From: Eledone cirrhosa
Taxonomy: Eukaryota
Assembly: GCA_964016885.1 (NCBI GenBank)
Contig: OZ024743.1
Span: forward strand, 260,090,001-260,154,000
DNA: 64,000 nt
Direction: 5' to 3'
Part shown: piece by piece, positions 23,269-37,000 of the stretch
Position numbering within the stretch: position 1 is the stretch's first letter
How the letters are laid out: every line of letters begins with the position of its first letter
Program-made: the position numbers and the translations under genes
The notes under the pieces: model-generated
What the model saw: the letters and a program-made list of their open reading frames with translations, nothing else
The model's database searches: none
What the model was told of the DNA's origin: nothing

Positions 23269-24722
23269 TGATTTGAACAACTGGACAGCTTGTTCGTGAA
23301 ACTAATGTGCAAATGGCTGGAAATACCGCAGACACGTGTACACTTAACGTAGTTCTCGGGGAAAATCATCATGACAAAGATGACCCTTTGAAATACAGGT
23401 ACAGCTCATTAAACTGGAGCAACGTGAAATAAAGTGACTTGCAGAAGGGCACTATGCGCTGCTAGGGATCAACTTCACGAGCTTTCAATTGCGAGCCAAA
23501 TACCTCAACAACTAGGTTCTGCGATTAAATATCCCCGTGGTCAAGCTTTTCATCCTTTCAGAGTTAATAAATAAATCTCTATATCTCTTTCTCTGGAAGA
23601 AATCGGTTGTGTTCAGACCTAAAGATGGATGGACTCCACCAAGTTTCAATATTACGACGTTGCCCCTATAACACTATCAAGAATCAATGCCGCATGGATG
23701 GACGGATTGATAATAACGGTGAGCACCAAAGGCATGGTAAAATCACATAGTATTGAATCTTATAAATAATTTTGAATCCTATAAGTGAAAATGCAGGGTG
23801 GAGTAAATACTGCAAGCCATCTTAATTAAAGTATGGCCATCACAAAGCTTTTTTTGTCTACTCTCCAAATATGCTTAATGGATATCTCTAATCATCAATA
23901 GGCGAGCAATTGACTACAATAATCAGATGGTCCCAGGTTCAAACTCATAGCGTCACATTTTTAGCGCATCTTCTACAATAGCGTTTACATAGACCCGAAC
24001 CGTCTAAGTGAAATTAGATAAACAGACTTTATGCGGTAACCTAGCTAATAGACTGTACGTGTTCCTCGGTTAATCGTCAACAGAGTTGAATGTGTTTAGC
24101 AGAGTCCAACTGTTGTTAATTATTTCGACAATGTCTCCAGTGTGTGACTAACTCCATCTTGAGCTACATATACTACTTCCTATTATAGCCACCAAGATTT
24201 ATTCCTACTTTTGTACTACCAGTCTTGGATGCACTACAAATATTTACGAGTACTACACTTTCTCCTCTGACTAAGCATTATCAATCCGTCCATCCATGCG
24301 GCATTGATTCTTGATAGTGTTATAGGGGCAACGTCGTAATATTGAAACTTGGTGGAGTCCATCCATCTTTAGGTCTGAACACAACCGATTTCTTCCAGAG
24401 AAAGAGATATACAGGTTTATTTATCAACTCTGAAAGGGTAAAAAGCTTGACCACGGGGATATTTAATCGCAGAACCGAGTTGTTGAGGTATTTGGCTCGC
24501 AATTGAAAGCTCATGAAGTTGATCCCTAGCGGCGCATAGTGCCCTTCTGCAAGTCACTTTATTTCACGTTGTTCCAGTTTAATGAGCTGTGCCTGTATTT
24601 CAAAGGGTCATCTTTGTCACGATAATTTTCCCCGAGAACTACGTTAAGTGTACACGTGTCTGTGGTATTTCCAGCCATTTGCACGTTAGTTTCACGAACA
24701 AGCTGTCTAGTTGTTCAAATCA
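23269..24722. repeat. Long inverted repeat: arms 23269-23714 and 24277-24722 (about 446 bp), spacer 562 bp
   Basis: Manual comparison gives about 14 substitutions, mostly transitions, and no indels. The ORF track shows the same peptide on both strands (IFPENYVKCTRVCGISSHL). Confidence 0.95.
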
Positions 24723-25344
24723 GTGGTTTGTATTTCTCACTAGCGCTAAACTCATAGAAAAATACATCTTCAATATTGATTGGATAACAAAAGGTTTTGC
24801 ATTATTTGTTCCTGCTCTCTGTGCACTAATACAGATTCTGCTGAGGTCATCATTGCCTTTCATCCAATAAAATAAAGCACAAGCCCAGTGAGGTGAATTA
24901 GTGGAATCGTTTCAGCGTTGGATGAAGTGAAGGATTTACACCAACACACTTTCATCTCCAGAAAAGAAATAAAATTGGTTATTTTTTCAATGTCGGAACA
25001 GACTGTTTAACATTAATCTCATTCTCCATAACTCCTGGTGGAGTCGTAGGGCTGCCGCAGTGACATGCGGCGTTTCTTGGGCATCTTGTTTAAAACCTGA
25101 CAGAGGCCAACTCTCTAGGTCTGAACACAGCAGATTTTTCTAGAAAGAGAGAGTGAGAGTTGATGACAAAGATGATGATATTGATGAAGAATCGACCACA
25201 GTACTTGACTGGAACTTTATTGACTTTGAAAGGCAAAAATGACTTCAGCAGGATTTGAACTCGGATTGCAGAGAGCCGGAATGAATACCATAAAGCATTC
25301 TATCCAATTTTCTAACAGGCTCTGCCAATTTATCGCCGTTAACA

Positions 25345-26300
25345 CTACTACTTGAGGATAATACTGTTGAAGCCTTTATTCCAAAGCCAGTACATGTTTA
25401 TCATTAAGAAAGACCAGGATTAATGGAAAACATATAGATACACGGAAATCAAACAAGAAGGCATGGCTGACGATAGAAATTTCCACACAGTGGTGTTTTA
25501 ATTTTAATTTTATGTTCTTTTCCAACACTGAAACATTATTGCAAACAATGTAACGATAATGATGATAGTTTGTGGCATTGTTGGTGATTGATAATGTCAT
25601 CGCTACTACTTACATTGTTATTTCAAAAAATGTTCTGAAGAAGTAAATCCCCAAGTTAAATAATCTAACATGGACCTTTGGTAAAACTACCATATCATGA
25701 AAGCTATAGATAATGGTGTCTGATTTAGGCACAAGGCCAACAATTTTGGGGGAACAAAAGTCTATTATATTGACTGCAGTACATTACTGGTACTTTATTT
25801 TATCGACCTTTTGAAGATGAAAGACAAAGCTAACCTCGGCGGGATTTGAACTCAGAACATAAAGGAACTATATATGCCACATAGTATGTTGTACGATGCT
25901 CTACCGATACTGCCAATCCAAAGCGTTTTTTAAGGCAATAGATAATATCAAAGTAACTGAGAAGAGTTGAGAAGAATTTATTGTCAGAAGCATGAAATGA
26001 TTTCCTGGAATCTGACAAAGAAATAATCCCAGCAACCATTAATAACGTTGTTAAGCTACCCAATGAAGTGAGATTGACAAAATATCAGTGTGGAATGTTT
26101 GGAGTAGTTAATAATGTCACATAGTAAAATGTTATCAGTTGAAGAGCTGCAGAAGTTAGTACAGTGAACACATTTAAAGACGTTATTGTAGAACCAGCGA
26201 CACCAGAAAGAATGAATACTATTAAATTCGTCAGTAACTGCATCGCCAAGAAGTAAAGTAAAGGGAGGTTTTTTTAGAAATAATATCCAAATACATTTGA
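25345..26300 (+). mobile_element. Decayed Tigger/pogo-type DDE transposase fragment interrupted by a SINE
   Basis: Scattered frames give KPVHVYH, KSNKKAWLTIEI, ALLVIDN, NYHIMKAIDN and SHSKMLSVEELQKL, resembling Tigger transposase motifs. Confidence 0.55.
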
Positions 26301-27089
26301 GAAAAGTAAAATAATACTCATCTTCTACATTATGTAGATTGCTCTTTTGCTGCTGAAACGGCAAGGGCTCAGCCGTCGGGGTCCCGACTCTTTCAAATTA
26401 CCACACTCTACTATCCTACTACCCCAAGTATTGAGTACTCTAGTGAGTAATGGTCTAAACAAGTTTTTACTGCATCATTTTGGTTTATATATATATATAT
26501 ATATATATATACATACATACACAGAGTAATACAGAAGACCCACCTTTCCATGTGCACGGATTGAAGCATACATCTAGCATGCGCCACTTCCGCTTATTCC
26601 CCGCTTCCATACATCAACCACACTGTAAAGCGGTTGTTTCGTTGCCATGATAAAAAGTACCCAGTCCACACTGTAAATGTGGTTGGCGTTAGAAAGGGCA
26701 TCCAAACATAGAAACCAAGCCAGAAAGTTATGTATGAGCAAGACACCCTTCACATGTCCTGACTTGCCTCAGATAGGGCAACTCGTCTAACACATAAAAT
26801 GTACGTTAAACGATGTTGATGAGATATTATATATATTATACTCTATTACGTGTTCCAGCCGACAGCTTGAGGCCATGCTAGAGCACTGTCATTAATGCTA
26901 CACTTTCAACAGCCAATGATGCAAAGTGGAGTTTGTTTCTGCCGCCTCGTGCTGTGGGTTTATCCGGGATCTTGGTCAGCAGAACGTCGAGATGTCTCAA
27001 ACATCTACATACACACCACGAAGATCTCTCAGATTTTTTTGCAACTTATTAACAAACTGGAGTCCTTTGAATCCCAGGCTATTGCAGTA

Positions 27090-29480
27090 TGTGGCCCTTA
27101 TTCTTGATGGGACCTTTAGCACTACACAGTGGCGTCCTGTTCGTAGGCTGGCCATGCTTTCAATGCCAAAGTTTGGTGCTAACCCTTCCAGGATCTTCTA
27201 TACGTATATCAATGCGTATCTCTCCCATCTTCGCTCCAGGGGTAAAACTTTAGTTTTTTTTTTTATTCAGCCTCTCCCAGTAGCTCATGTCTTTCATTGA
27301 GGCAACCCTTTTGGTATAGCTTTGTTGGATTGCTTCAAGTTCTGCAGTTAGTTTGACAGTGTGTGACGACCACAGCTGAGAGTAATAGTCCAGTCAACTG
27401 AGGATGAAAGTCCTCCAGAGGACCAACATAGTCTCCGGGTCTCTTGTCCTGAAAGTCGTTAGAATCCAACCCACTAGTCGTCTGTACATTGTCGTTATTT
27501 TGGTGATGTGTGCATGAAACGATGCATCATTGCTCATGTCAGTACCCAGATCTCATTGATTTTGACTCTGGGACTTCGATTCGCCCTGGTCCAGTGTACT
27601 TTTGTTGTGTTGATCCTGTTTATGGATTGATAGTGGAGGGCTTGAAACTACCTACATTAAATTGCATATTGTTGTCTTCAGCCCTTTCGTATATGGCACC
27701 TAAATCTTGTAGTAAGAGAGTAGCATCAGCCAGTTTCTGGATTTCCTGTGCTATTTTCATGTCATCAGTATAGCGTGTGAGGGAGGCTATTCTTATTACT
27801 ACAAACAGTAGTGGTCCCAACACGGTTCCCTGGGACACACCACTTGTTATTGACATTTCCTTTGAGAGGGACCCATTGGCTTCAACCATTTGGATTGTCT
27901 TTTAAGAAGTCATGACGTCAGAAGTAAACGTAGTTTACCAGTTATTCCAAAGCTATGTAGTTTATGACATTATTCCATGATCAACTTTGTCAAAGGCCTT
28001 CACAAAGTCGAGATACATCGCATACACATTCGAACGGTCTAGCAGCTGTTTGAGAATCCAGTCACAATGCTGTAACAGTTGCATAAGATAACTTCTACCT
28101 GGGTGTCAGATGACCATTTTCCTCTAGAAAAATAATCAGTTTCCTTCTGATGATTTGTTCCATGACTTTGCTGATATGTGAAGTCAGGGAGACAGATTTT
28201 TAGTTTTCGCTCTGCTTCCTTCTTAATGGATAGGACATATGCAGACTGTATGATGCGTGTATCCGAACAGCGATGTTGCATGGTAGTGAGACCTGGGCGC
28301 TGAAGGTGGAAGACTTACGTAGATTAGAGAGAAACGAAGCCTGCATGCTCCGATGGATGTGTAACAGTAATATACGTGAACGACAAAGCATAAATGAATT
28401 GAGAGAGAGACTGAGCATAAGAGGAATCAAATGCTGCGTGCAGGAGAGGCGGTTACGCTGGCATGGACATGTGATGCGTATGAAGGATGACAGCTGCATA
28501 AAAAGGTGCAGAGCACTAGAAGTTGATGGAAACCGCGGAGTGGGGAGACCCAAGATGACTTGGGATGAGGTGATAAAAGCCGACCTTACCCAACTACACC
28601 TCTCAAAGTCAATGACACACAACCGTGACTTCTGGCGTCACGCAGTAATACAGGGTACCCTACCTCCCATGGGTACATGCTGAAGCATATAAACAATATG
28701 CCCCCCCCCCCCACCGCAAGGTGGTCGTGGAGGTGCCACGGCAAAAAAGCACCCAGCCCACACTGTAAAGTGGACGTGTAGGCGCCACGAAAAAGCACCC
28801 AGCACTCACTGTAAATGAGGTTGGTGTTAGGAAGGGCATCCAGCTGTAGAAATCAAGCCAGATCAGTTCCTGTATGAGCAAGGCATGGTCAGCCGACCAG
28901 ACACTGCCCACAACAGGACAACCCGTCTAACCCATGCTAGCGTGGAAGAACGGACGTAAAACGGTGATGATGATGATGATGATGATGATATGCCTTCTTT
29001 TAGTTTTCTGTGTAGTTTACCACTTGTAAGGGATCTTTAGTGAGGATCTGCAGTGGTTTTGCTAATGTTCGCTTGCATGTTTGCAGGAGGATTGCTGGGG
29101 CCAGCAGCTGAATTTCGACTATGGCTCATATTACATCTTTCACCTTTATATCTAAGTGGTTGATGGTTGCCATTTCTCTGAGTAATGCAGAGGTGTTAAA
29201 GAGCTCATCTAGCTTATTTATATGCATGTCTCATAAGGTGTGTGAAAATACTTTTGTATTGTTCATTCAGAACTTCAATTATCCCTTAGGGGTCTGCAAT
29301 CAGTGAGCCACTTTTATGGAAAAGTGGTCCTATCCCGTAGTGTACCAAGGCTGTCTCTTTTGCTAATTTAAAGAAGGCCTTAGGGTTCATCTTAATGTTT
29401 TCTGTAGCCCTGGCTTCTCTTTCTGCCCTCTCCTTTTCATAGGAGGGTTTGAGTTAATTTTCAAGTTCAAACTATGCCTG
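27090..29480 (-). mobile_element. Decayed CR1/L2-type LINE RT region, split by an RTE insertion
   Basis: Motifs SGVSQGTVLGPLLF, YTDD, DFVKAFDKVDH, SLTSHISKVME and NIKMNPKAF; many stops and frameshifts. Confidence 0.8.
28243..28987 (+). mobile_element. 5'-truncated RTE-clade LINE with (GAT)n tail
   Basis: LHGSETW, RRLRWHGHVMR and GRPKMTW motifs, an intact frame to 28683, a (GAT)n end and TSD ATATGC at 28237-28242 and 28988-28993. Confidence 0.9.
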
Positions 29481-31034
29481 CTTCAAATATATATAAGTAC
29501 AAAAATTTGTGTGTCTTAAAATATCAATATTTCTCAACAAATATGATATGTGTGTGTGCATTTATGTACGTACCAAAAGTTGATCACTATCACTAGAGAC
29601 ATTGAGGTGCCATTAAGGCCCTTCTTATCCTTTTTGGCATGGTTTCTACAGCACGATGCCCTTCCTATTGCCAGTCACCTTACAGGGTGTACTGGGTGCA
29701 TTTTCATGGCACCAACCCAAGAAATGTCAGTCAATGTCTCACTAAAGAGTTCTCTCACCATCGTCACCATTTAATGTCCATTTTTCCACACTAGCATGCA
29801 TGGGTTAGACAAGTTGTTTCATTGAGACAAGCCAGGTCAGATGATCATGTTTTGCTCATACAGAACTGATTTTGACTTGGTTTCTATGGCTGCATGCCCT
29901 TCCTACAACCAACCTCATTTAGTGTGTACTGGGTGCTTTTTGTCATGATACCTACACAACCACTTTACAGTATGGGCTGGAAGCTTTTTGTCATGACTAC
30001 ATGACCACTTTACAGTGTGGGCAGGGTGCTTTTTGTTGTGTCGCCATCACAAGCACTTTACAGTGTTGGCTGGGGATGTGTGTGGCAATTGGAGAGATAA
30101 ATCTTGGGACATGTGAGAGGACAGAGTGTTAGGGTGTGAGTAGAGTGTTAGGATATATATATATATATACACACACATTCCTGCAGACATTTAAACATCA
30201 GGTCTATGTATCAGAAAATGTTTATTTTTCAAACATATTCCATAAACGCAAGCAATTATATAAAAGAAAGAAAATGTTGGGACTAGAAAAATTAACAACA
30301 ATTGGAAAATAAGTTACAGAAATATTCAGAAACGTGTAATTATTGAGAAAAGGTAATTCAGTAATACAATAGAACTTTAAATATTAACATTTTAAGATAA
30401 ATGTAGAGGATATTTTCAAATGTGTCCTGAATTGTAAAGAATGGAAACCAAAATATTTTCAACTCTTGATACCAACCTGGCCAACACCAACTGATTCTTT
30501 GAAAGAAAACCCCCAATTTTAAATGGTTCTTATTTAAATACATATCTTCCAAGAATTTTAGAGATGACCTTGAAATTCTTCCTTAACTATTTTGATACCA
30601 CTCTGGCCAAATCTAGCCATGGCATTTTAAAAGGTTCCAATTTAAATTAAAATCTTCCAACATAGTTTTATATAGAAACCATGTTAAGTTATAATTTAAA
30701 CATAAGAGTGTATTTTATTAGAAATAGAGTAGTGAAAGAAGTAAATATTATTAATATTTCCAAATGTGTCCTGTATTACAAAGCATGAAAAACAAAATCT
30801 TTAATCTGTATACAGGTAAACAATATCTTAATGAAACAAACATTAGGTCTTTAACCTCAACTGTGGAAAATGTTATCTTTTGTTCTTAGACTTTAACCAT
30901 CAGTGCTCTTACATATGCCTGCATCATACAGTTTATTATACTTCACTCACTAGCATAGCTGAATTTCAATTGTAAAAATAATAAAATAACGACATATGAT
31001 TGTATGAATATATACATACAGTATGTCTGTGTGG

Positions 31035-31074
<40 letters not shown>

Positions 31075-31352
31075 ACACACACAGGTTTTTATATATATAA
31101 ATAATCCTTATCGAGCCCTCTTCAGATTTTAGTCTTCATAAATTATTATTACTATATATATATATATATATATATATAGTTATAATAATAAATGTGAAGA
31201 CTAAAATCCAAAAAAATCTCAATAAGGATAAATATATATCAAATATATAAGAACCCTAGAGCAAATATCTATTAAAATAACACATTAAAGTTTAAGCAAA
31301 GAATTGCTGCTTTCACCCTGCAGCGATTCTTTGCTTAAACTTTAATCTGTTA

Positions 31353-31400
<48 letters not shown>

Positions 31401-34087
31401 TTCACAATGCAAACCAAACAACCAACATATTTTCTTTGGGTTTTCAGTTTGCTGCTTGTTTTAGTTTGTTTTTCTTATATTTTAGTGGCTTGTTACATTG
31501 TTCTTTTTCCTCCAGACCATTCCTGTATGGTTCTAGTTTTGGTGCAAGCAATAAACTAAAAAAGAGGAGGAAACAAATCACATGTTAATCAAAGCAAAGA
31601 ACAACAGCAGACTAGCTGAGAAACTGCAGCTGATAAGAGGAAACAAAACAAAGATTAACCCCTTTTATAACAGAACTGCCTGAAACTACCACTGGTTCTA
31701 TGATACAAAACTGTTTACTGTAAAATGTTTATATTTATCTAAAAACCTTGCATCATAAATTTATATAAGAACTTTTGTTATTCCATTAGATTGAAACCGG
31801 CCATATCCAGCCAGAATTCTCTCACCTTTTTCTGTACAAAACATCTGTAACCGGCCACTCATACTGATGTTAAGGTATTGTTCTCAAAATAAATATCAAA
31901 ATCTCATAGATTCAATATTATGTGAGATAATTATGTACGGTAAAACTTTTACTGTGAAAATATAATAAATATAGAGTAATGTAAATGCTAAAGGGTTAAT
32001 TTGTGTTCTTGATTATTTAAAAAATTATAGACAAAATAATTCATTACAATTACGCTAGCAAAAGGGTCAAGCAATGTACATATTATCAGAGCAGAAAAGA
32101 TACATGACCTAATAGTTAGTGTCGAACTCAAGAACATAAGGTCATGGGTTTGATTCTTGAATCAAGTATTACATTGTGTTCTTGAGCAAGCCACTTCATT
32201 TCACACTGTTTTTCATGATAGGACTGGGGCCCTACCATTAAAACACCTAAGAAACGTCTAATGAACTGCATACTCATGGGAAGCCACAGAAACCTGCATA
32301 GGTATGAGCTGTAAATTCAATTTAATTTTCACATTAACAGAACAGGTATGTTCGAATAATAATAATGGTTTCTGATTTAGATACAAGGCCAACAATTTGT
32401 TGGGAAGGGAAAGTCGATTAAATCAAATGCAGTGCTTTACTGGTGCTTCATTGTATCGACTCCTGTAAGGATAAAGGCAAAGCTAACCTTCGCGAAATTT
32501 GAACTCAGACTGTAAAGGTCTGTGAGCAAAAATACTTGAATGCATTTTGTCCTAAGGTTTTAACAAATTTGCCAAGTAGTACACTAACAGAATGACACTA
32601 TACTCTAGATAAAAAATATATACATACACACACACAGAAACAACACAGCTACACACCTCTCAGGAACATGGAGTACACCAGGTGGACCAGTATACACTCC
32701 CATGAAACAGTCGATGAAATAAAAATTGTTTCTATTTTTGGTACAAGGCCAGCAATTATCCAAGAGCATTACTGGTATTTTATTTTATCGACCCCGTAAG
32801 GATGAAAGGTAAAGTTAACCTCAGCGAGATTTGAACTCAGACCATAAGGAACGTAACTATGCTGCAATGCATGGAATCCGACCCTCTACCGATACTGCTG
32901 TCCAAAAGGGGCCAAGGCATTAGGAATAATACAAGGACAAAAGGAAACAACAGAGTGAGATTTACATCAAGCGAAGGAAAGAGGACATCACTGAAAAGAA
33001 AACAATAGGTAAAATAATTTGTAATGAATAACAAATGTCAACAAGGTCCAGTTCCCCAATAGTGGAGAGTGTTGAAATTTAGGGTAATTCCAGGGAGTGT
33101 TCCCACACAAAACCCTTGGTTATACTGTTATCTCACAGGTATTGAAAGTGCCCTCTCCTACTTTCTTTCTTCCTGCATAGACAATTAATCATCATCATCA
33201 TCATCAGGTTTAGCATCCGTGTCCCACGCTTGCATGGGTTTGGACGGGGGTTTTCCCAATTGAGGCAAGAGTGGTTGTCTTGCTCGCATAGGACTGTCTG
33301 GCAGGTTTTCTACAGCTGGATGCCCTTCCTAACACCAACCACATTTACAGTGTGGGGCTGGGAGGTTTTTACCATGTTGCCTACAGGGCCACATTACAGC
33401 GTGGACTGTCTGGCGGGTTTTCTACAGCTGGATGCCCTTCCTAACACCAACCACATTTACAGTGTGGGGCTGGGAGGTTTTTACCGTGTTGCCTACACGG
33501 CCACATTTACAGCGTGGACTGTGGTTTTTTTTGTCGTGACACCTACACGATCTCATTTGTCTCATTTGTTTCGGCCTGGATGTTGTGGGACCAACATAAC
33601 TTTACATTGAAAGGGGCGGTGTGGATGGGGTGGGACGGGGGGTGTGTTTTGATAGAGATGCCTACTGACTGTAGTAGGTTTTTACTTTGTATTTAGGTAA
33701 GGCGGGTCTTCTCTATTACTGAGTACCGCCAAAGGTCTCGGTCCAGTGACATTGTCTTGGAGAGGTGTAAGCGTGTGAGGTCGGAATTTATCATGTCGTC
33801 CCAGGTTTTTCTGGGTCTGCCTACTCCGTGGCTACCGTCTATCTTTATTGCCCTGCACTTTGTTATACAGCTGTCGTCTTTATAATAACAATCAGAATAA
33901 TAATTACATTTTTAAGACAAGAGAGCTACCCAGACAGATTGGTGTGGTATGCAAGCTGGGTACAATGCAACAATCTAGATGTATTATCACCATGGAAACA
34001 TACTTTACTGAACTTATCATAGAAGGGAGGAAACTTCTGACAAGAACAGCTTTTTATTATAACAGAAAATATTTTTATCACAAAATA

Positions 34088-37000
34088 AGTGGTGGTGATA
34101 TTACTGTTGTTGTTGGTGGTGGTGGTATTACTGTTGGTAGTGGTGGTGGTGATATTATTGTTGTTGGTGGTGGTGGTGGCGATATTACTGTTGTTGTTGG
34201 TGGTGCTGATATTACTGTTGTTGTTGGTGGTGATATTACTGTTGTTGTTGGTGGTGATATTACTGTTGTTGTTGGTGGTGATATTACTGTTGTTGTTGGT
34301 GGTGATATTACTGTTGTTGTTGGGGTGATATTACTGTTGTTGTTGGTGGTGGTGATATTACTGTTGTTGGTGGTGGTGGTGATATTACTGTTGTTGTTGG
34401 TGGTGGTGATATTACTGTTGTTGGTGGTGGTGATATTACTGTTGTTGGTGGTGGTGGTGGCGATATTACTGTTGTTGGTGGTGGTGGTGATATTATTGTT
34501 GGTGGTGGTGGTGGTGGCGATATTACTGTTGTTGATGGTGGTGGTGGTGGTGATATTACTGTTCTTGATGGTGGTGGTGGTGATATTACTGTTGTTGGTG
34601 GTGGTGGTGGCGATATTACTGTTGTTGATGGTGGTGGTGGTGGTGATATTACTGTTCTTGATGGTGGTGGTGGTGATATTACTGTTGTTGTTGGTGGTGG
34701 TGGCGATATTACTGTTGTTGATGGTGGTGGTGGTGGTGATATTACTGTTCTTGATGGTGGTGGTGGTGATATTACTGTTGTTGTTGGTGGTGGTGGCGAT
34801 ATTACTGTTGTTGATGGTGGTGGTGGTGGTGATATTACTGTTCTTGATGGTGGTGGTGGTGATATTACTGTTGTTGGTGGTGGTGGTGGTGATATTACTG
34901 TTGTTGGTGGTGGTGGTGGTGGTGATATTACTGTTCTTGATGGTGGTGGTGGTGATATTACTGTTGTTGGTGGTGGTGAGATTACTGTTGTTGTTGGTGG
35001 TGGTGGTGGTGGTGCTGGTGGTGGTGATATTACTGTTGTTGATGGTGGTGGTGATATTACTGTTGTTGATGGTGGTGAGATTACTGTTGTTGTTGGTGGT
35101 GATATTACTGTTGTTGTTGGTGGTGGTGGTAATATTACTGTTGTTGTTGGTGGTGGTGGTGATATTACTGTTGTTGGTGGTGGTGGTGGTGATATTACTG
35201 TTGTTGGTGGTGGTGGTGGTGATATTACTGTTGGTGGTGGTGATAGAGATATTACTGTTGGTGGTGGTGGTGGTGGTATTACTGTTGGTAGTGGTGGTGG
35301 TGATATTACTGTTGGTAGTGGTGGTGGTGATATTACTGTTGTTGGTGGTGGTGGTGGTGGTATTACTGTTGGTAGTGGTGGTGGTGATATTACTGTTGGT
35401 GGTGGTGATAGAGATATTACTGTTGGTGGTGGTGGTGGTGGTATTACTGTTGGTAGTGGTGGTGGTGATATTATTGTTGTTGGTGGTGGTGGTGGTGATA
35501 TTACTGTTGTTGATGGTGATATTACTGTTGTTGGTGGTGGTGGTGGTGGTGGTGATATTACTGTTGTTGATGGTGATATTACTGTTGTTGGTGGTGGTGG
35601 TGGTGGTGGTGCTGGTGGTGGTGATATTACTGTTGTTGGTGGTGGTGGTGGTGGTGGTGATATTACTGTTGTTGATGGTGATATTACTGTTGTTGGTGGT
35701 GGTGGTGGTGGTGGTGCTGGTGGTGGTGATATTACTGTTGTTGTTGGTGGTGGTGGCGATATTACTGTTGTTGATGGTGGTGGTGGTGGTGATATTACTG
35801 TTCTTGATGGTGGTGATAGAGATATTACTGTTGGTGGTGGTGGTGGTGGTATTACTGTTGGTAGTGGTGGTGGTGATATTATTGTTGTTGGTGGTGGTGG
35901 TGGTGATATTACTGTTGTTGATGGTGATATTACTGTTGTTGGTGGTGGTGGTGGTGGTGGTGATATTACTGTTGTTGATGGTGATATTACTGTTGTTGGT
36001 GGTGGTGGTGGTGGTGGTGCTGGTGGTGGTGATATTACTGTTGTTGGTGGTGGTGGTGGTGGTGGTGATATTACTGTTGTTGATGGTGATATTACTGTTG
36101 TTGGTGGTGGTGGTGGTGGTGGTGCTGGTGGTGGTGATATTACTGTTGTTGTTGGTGGTGGTGGCGATATTACTGTTGTTGATGGTGGTGGTGGTGGTGA
36201 TATTACTGTTCTTGATGGTGGTGGTGGTGATATTACTGTTGTTGTTGGTGGTGGTGGCGATATTACTGTTGTTGATGGTGGTGGTGGTGGTGATATTACT
36301 GTTCTTGATGGTGGTGGTGGTGATATTACTGTTGTTGGTGGTGGTGGTGGTGATATTACTGTTGTTGGTGGTGGTGGTGGTGGTGATATTACTGTTCTTG
36401 ATGGTGGTGGTGGTGATATTACTGTTGTTGGTGGTGGTGGTGGTGATATTACTGTTGTTGGTGGTGGTGAGATTACTGTTGTTGTTGGTGGTGGTGGTGG
36501 TGGTGCTGGTGGTGGTGATATTACTGTTGTTGATGGTGGTGGTGATATTACTGTTGTTGATGGTGGTGAGATTACTGTTGTTGTTGGTGGTGGTGGTGGT
36601 GGTGCTGGTGGTGGTGATATTACTGTTGTTGATGGTGGTGGTGATATTACTGTTGTTGGTGGTGGTGATATTACTGTTGTTGTTGGTGGTGATATTACTG
36701 TTGTTGTTGGTGGTGGTGGTAATATTACTGTTGTTGTTGGTGGTGGTGGTGATATTACTGTTGTTGGTGGTGGTGGTGGTGATATTACTGTTGTTGGTGG
36801 TGGTGGTGGTGATATTACTGTTGGTGGTGGTGATAGAGATATTACTGTTGGTGGTGGTGGTGGTGGTATTACTGTTGGTAGTGGTGGTGGTGATATTACT
36901 GTTGGTAGTGGTGGTGGTGATATTACTGTTGTTGGTGGTGGTGGTGGTGGTATTACTGTTGGTAGTGGTGGTGGTGATATTACTGTTGGTGGTGGTGATA

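Noticed and set aside
23269-24722. Autonomous DNA transposon with long TIRs
   Set aside because: No transposase in the 562-bp spacer, no TSD seen, and the arms consist of unrelated SINE fragments.
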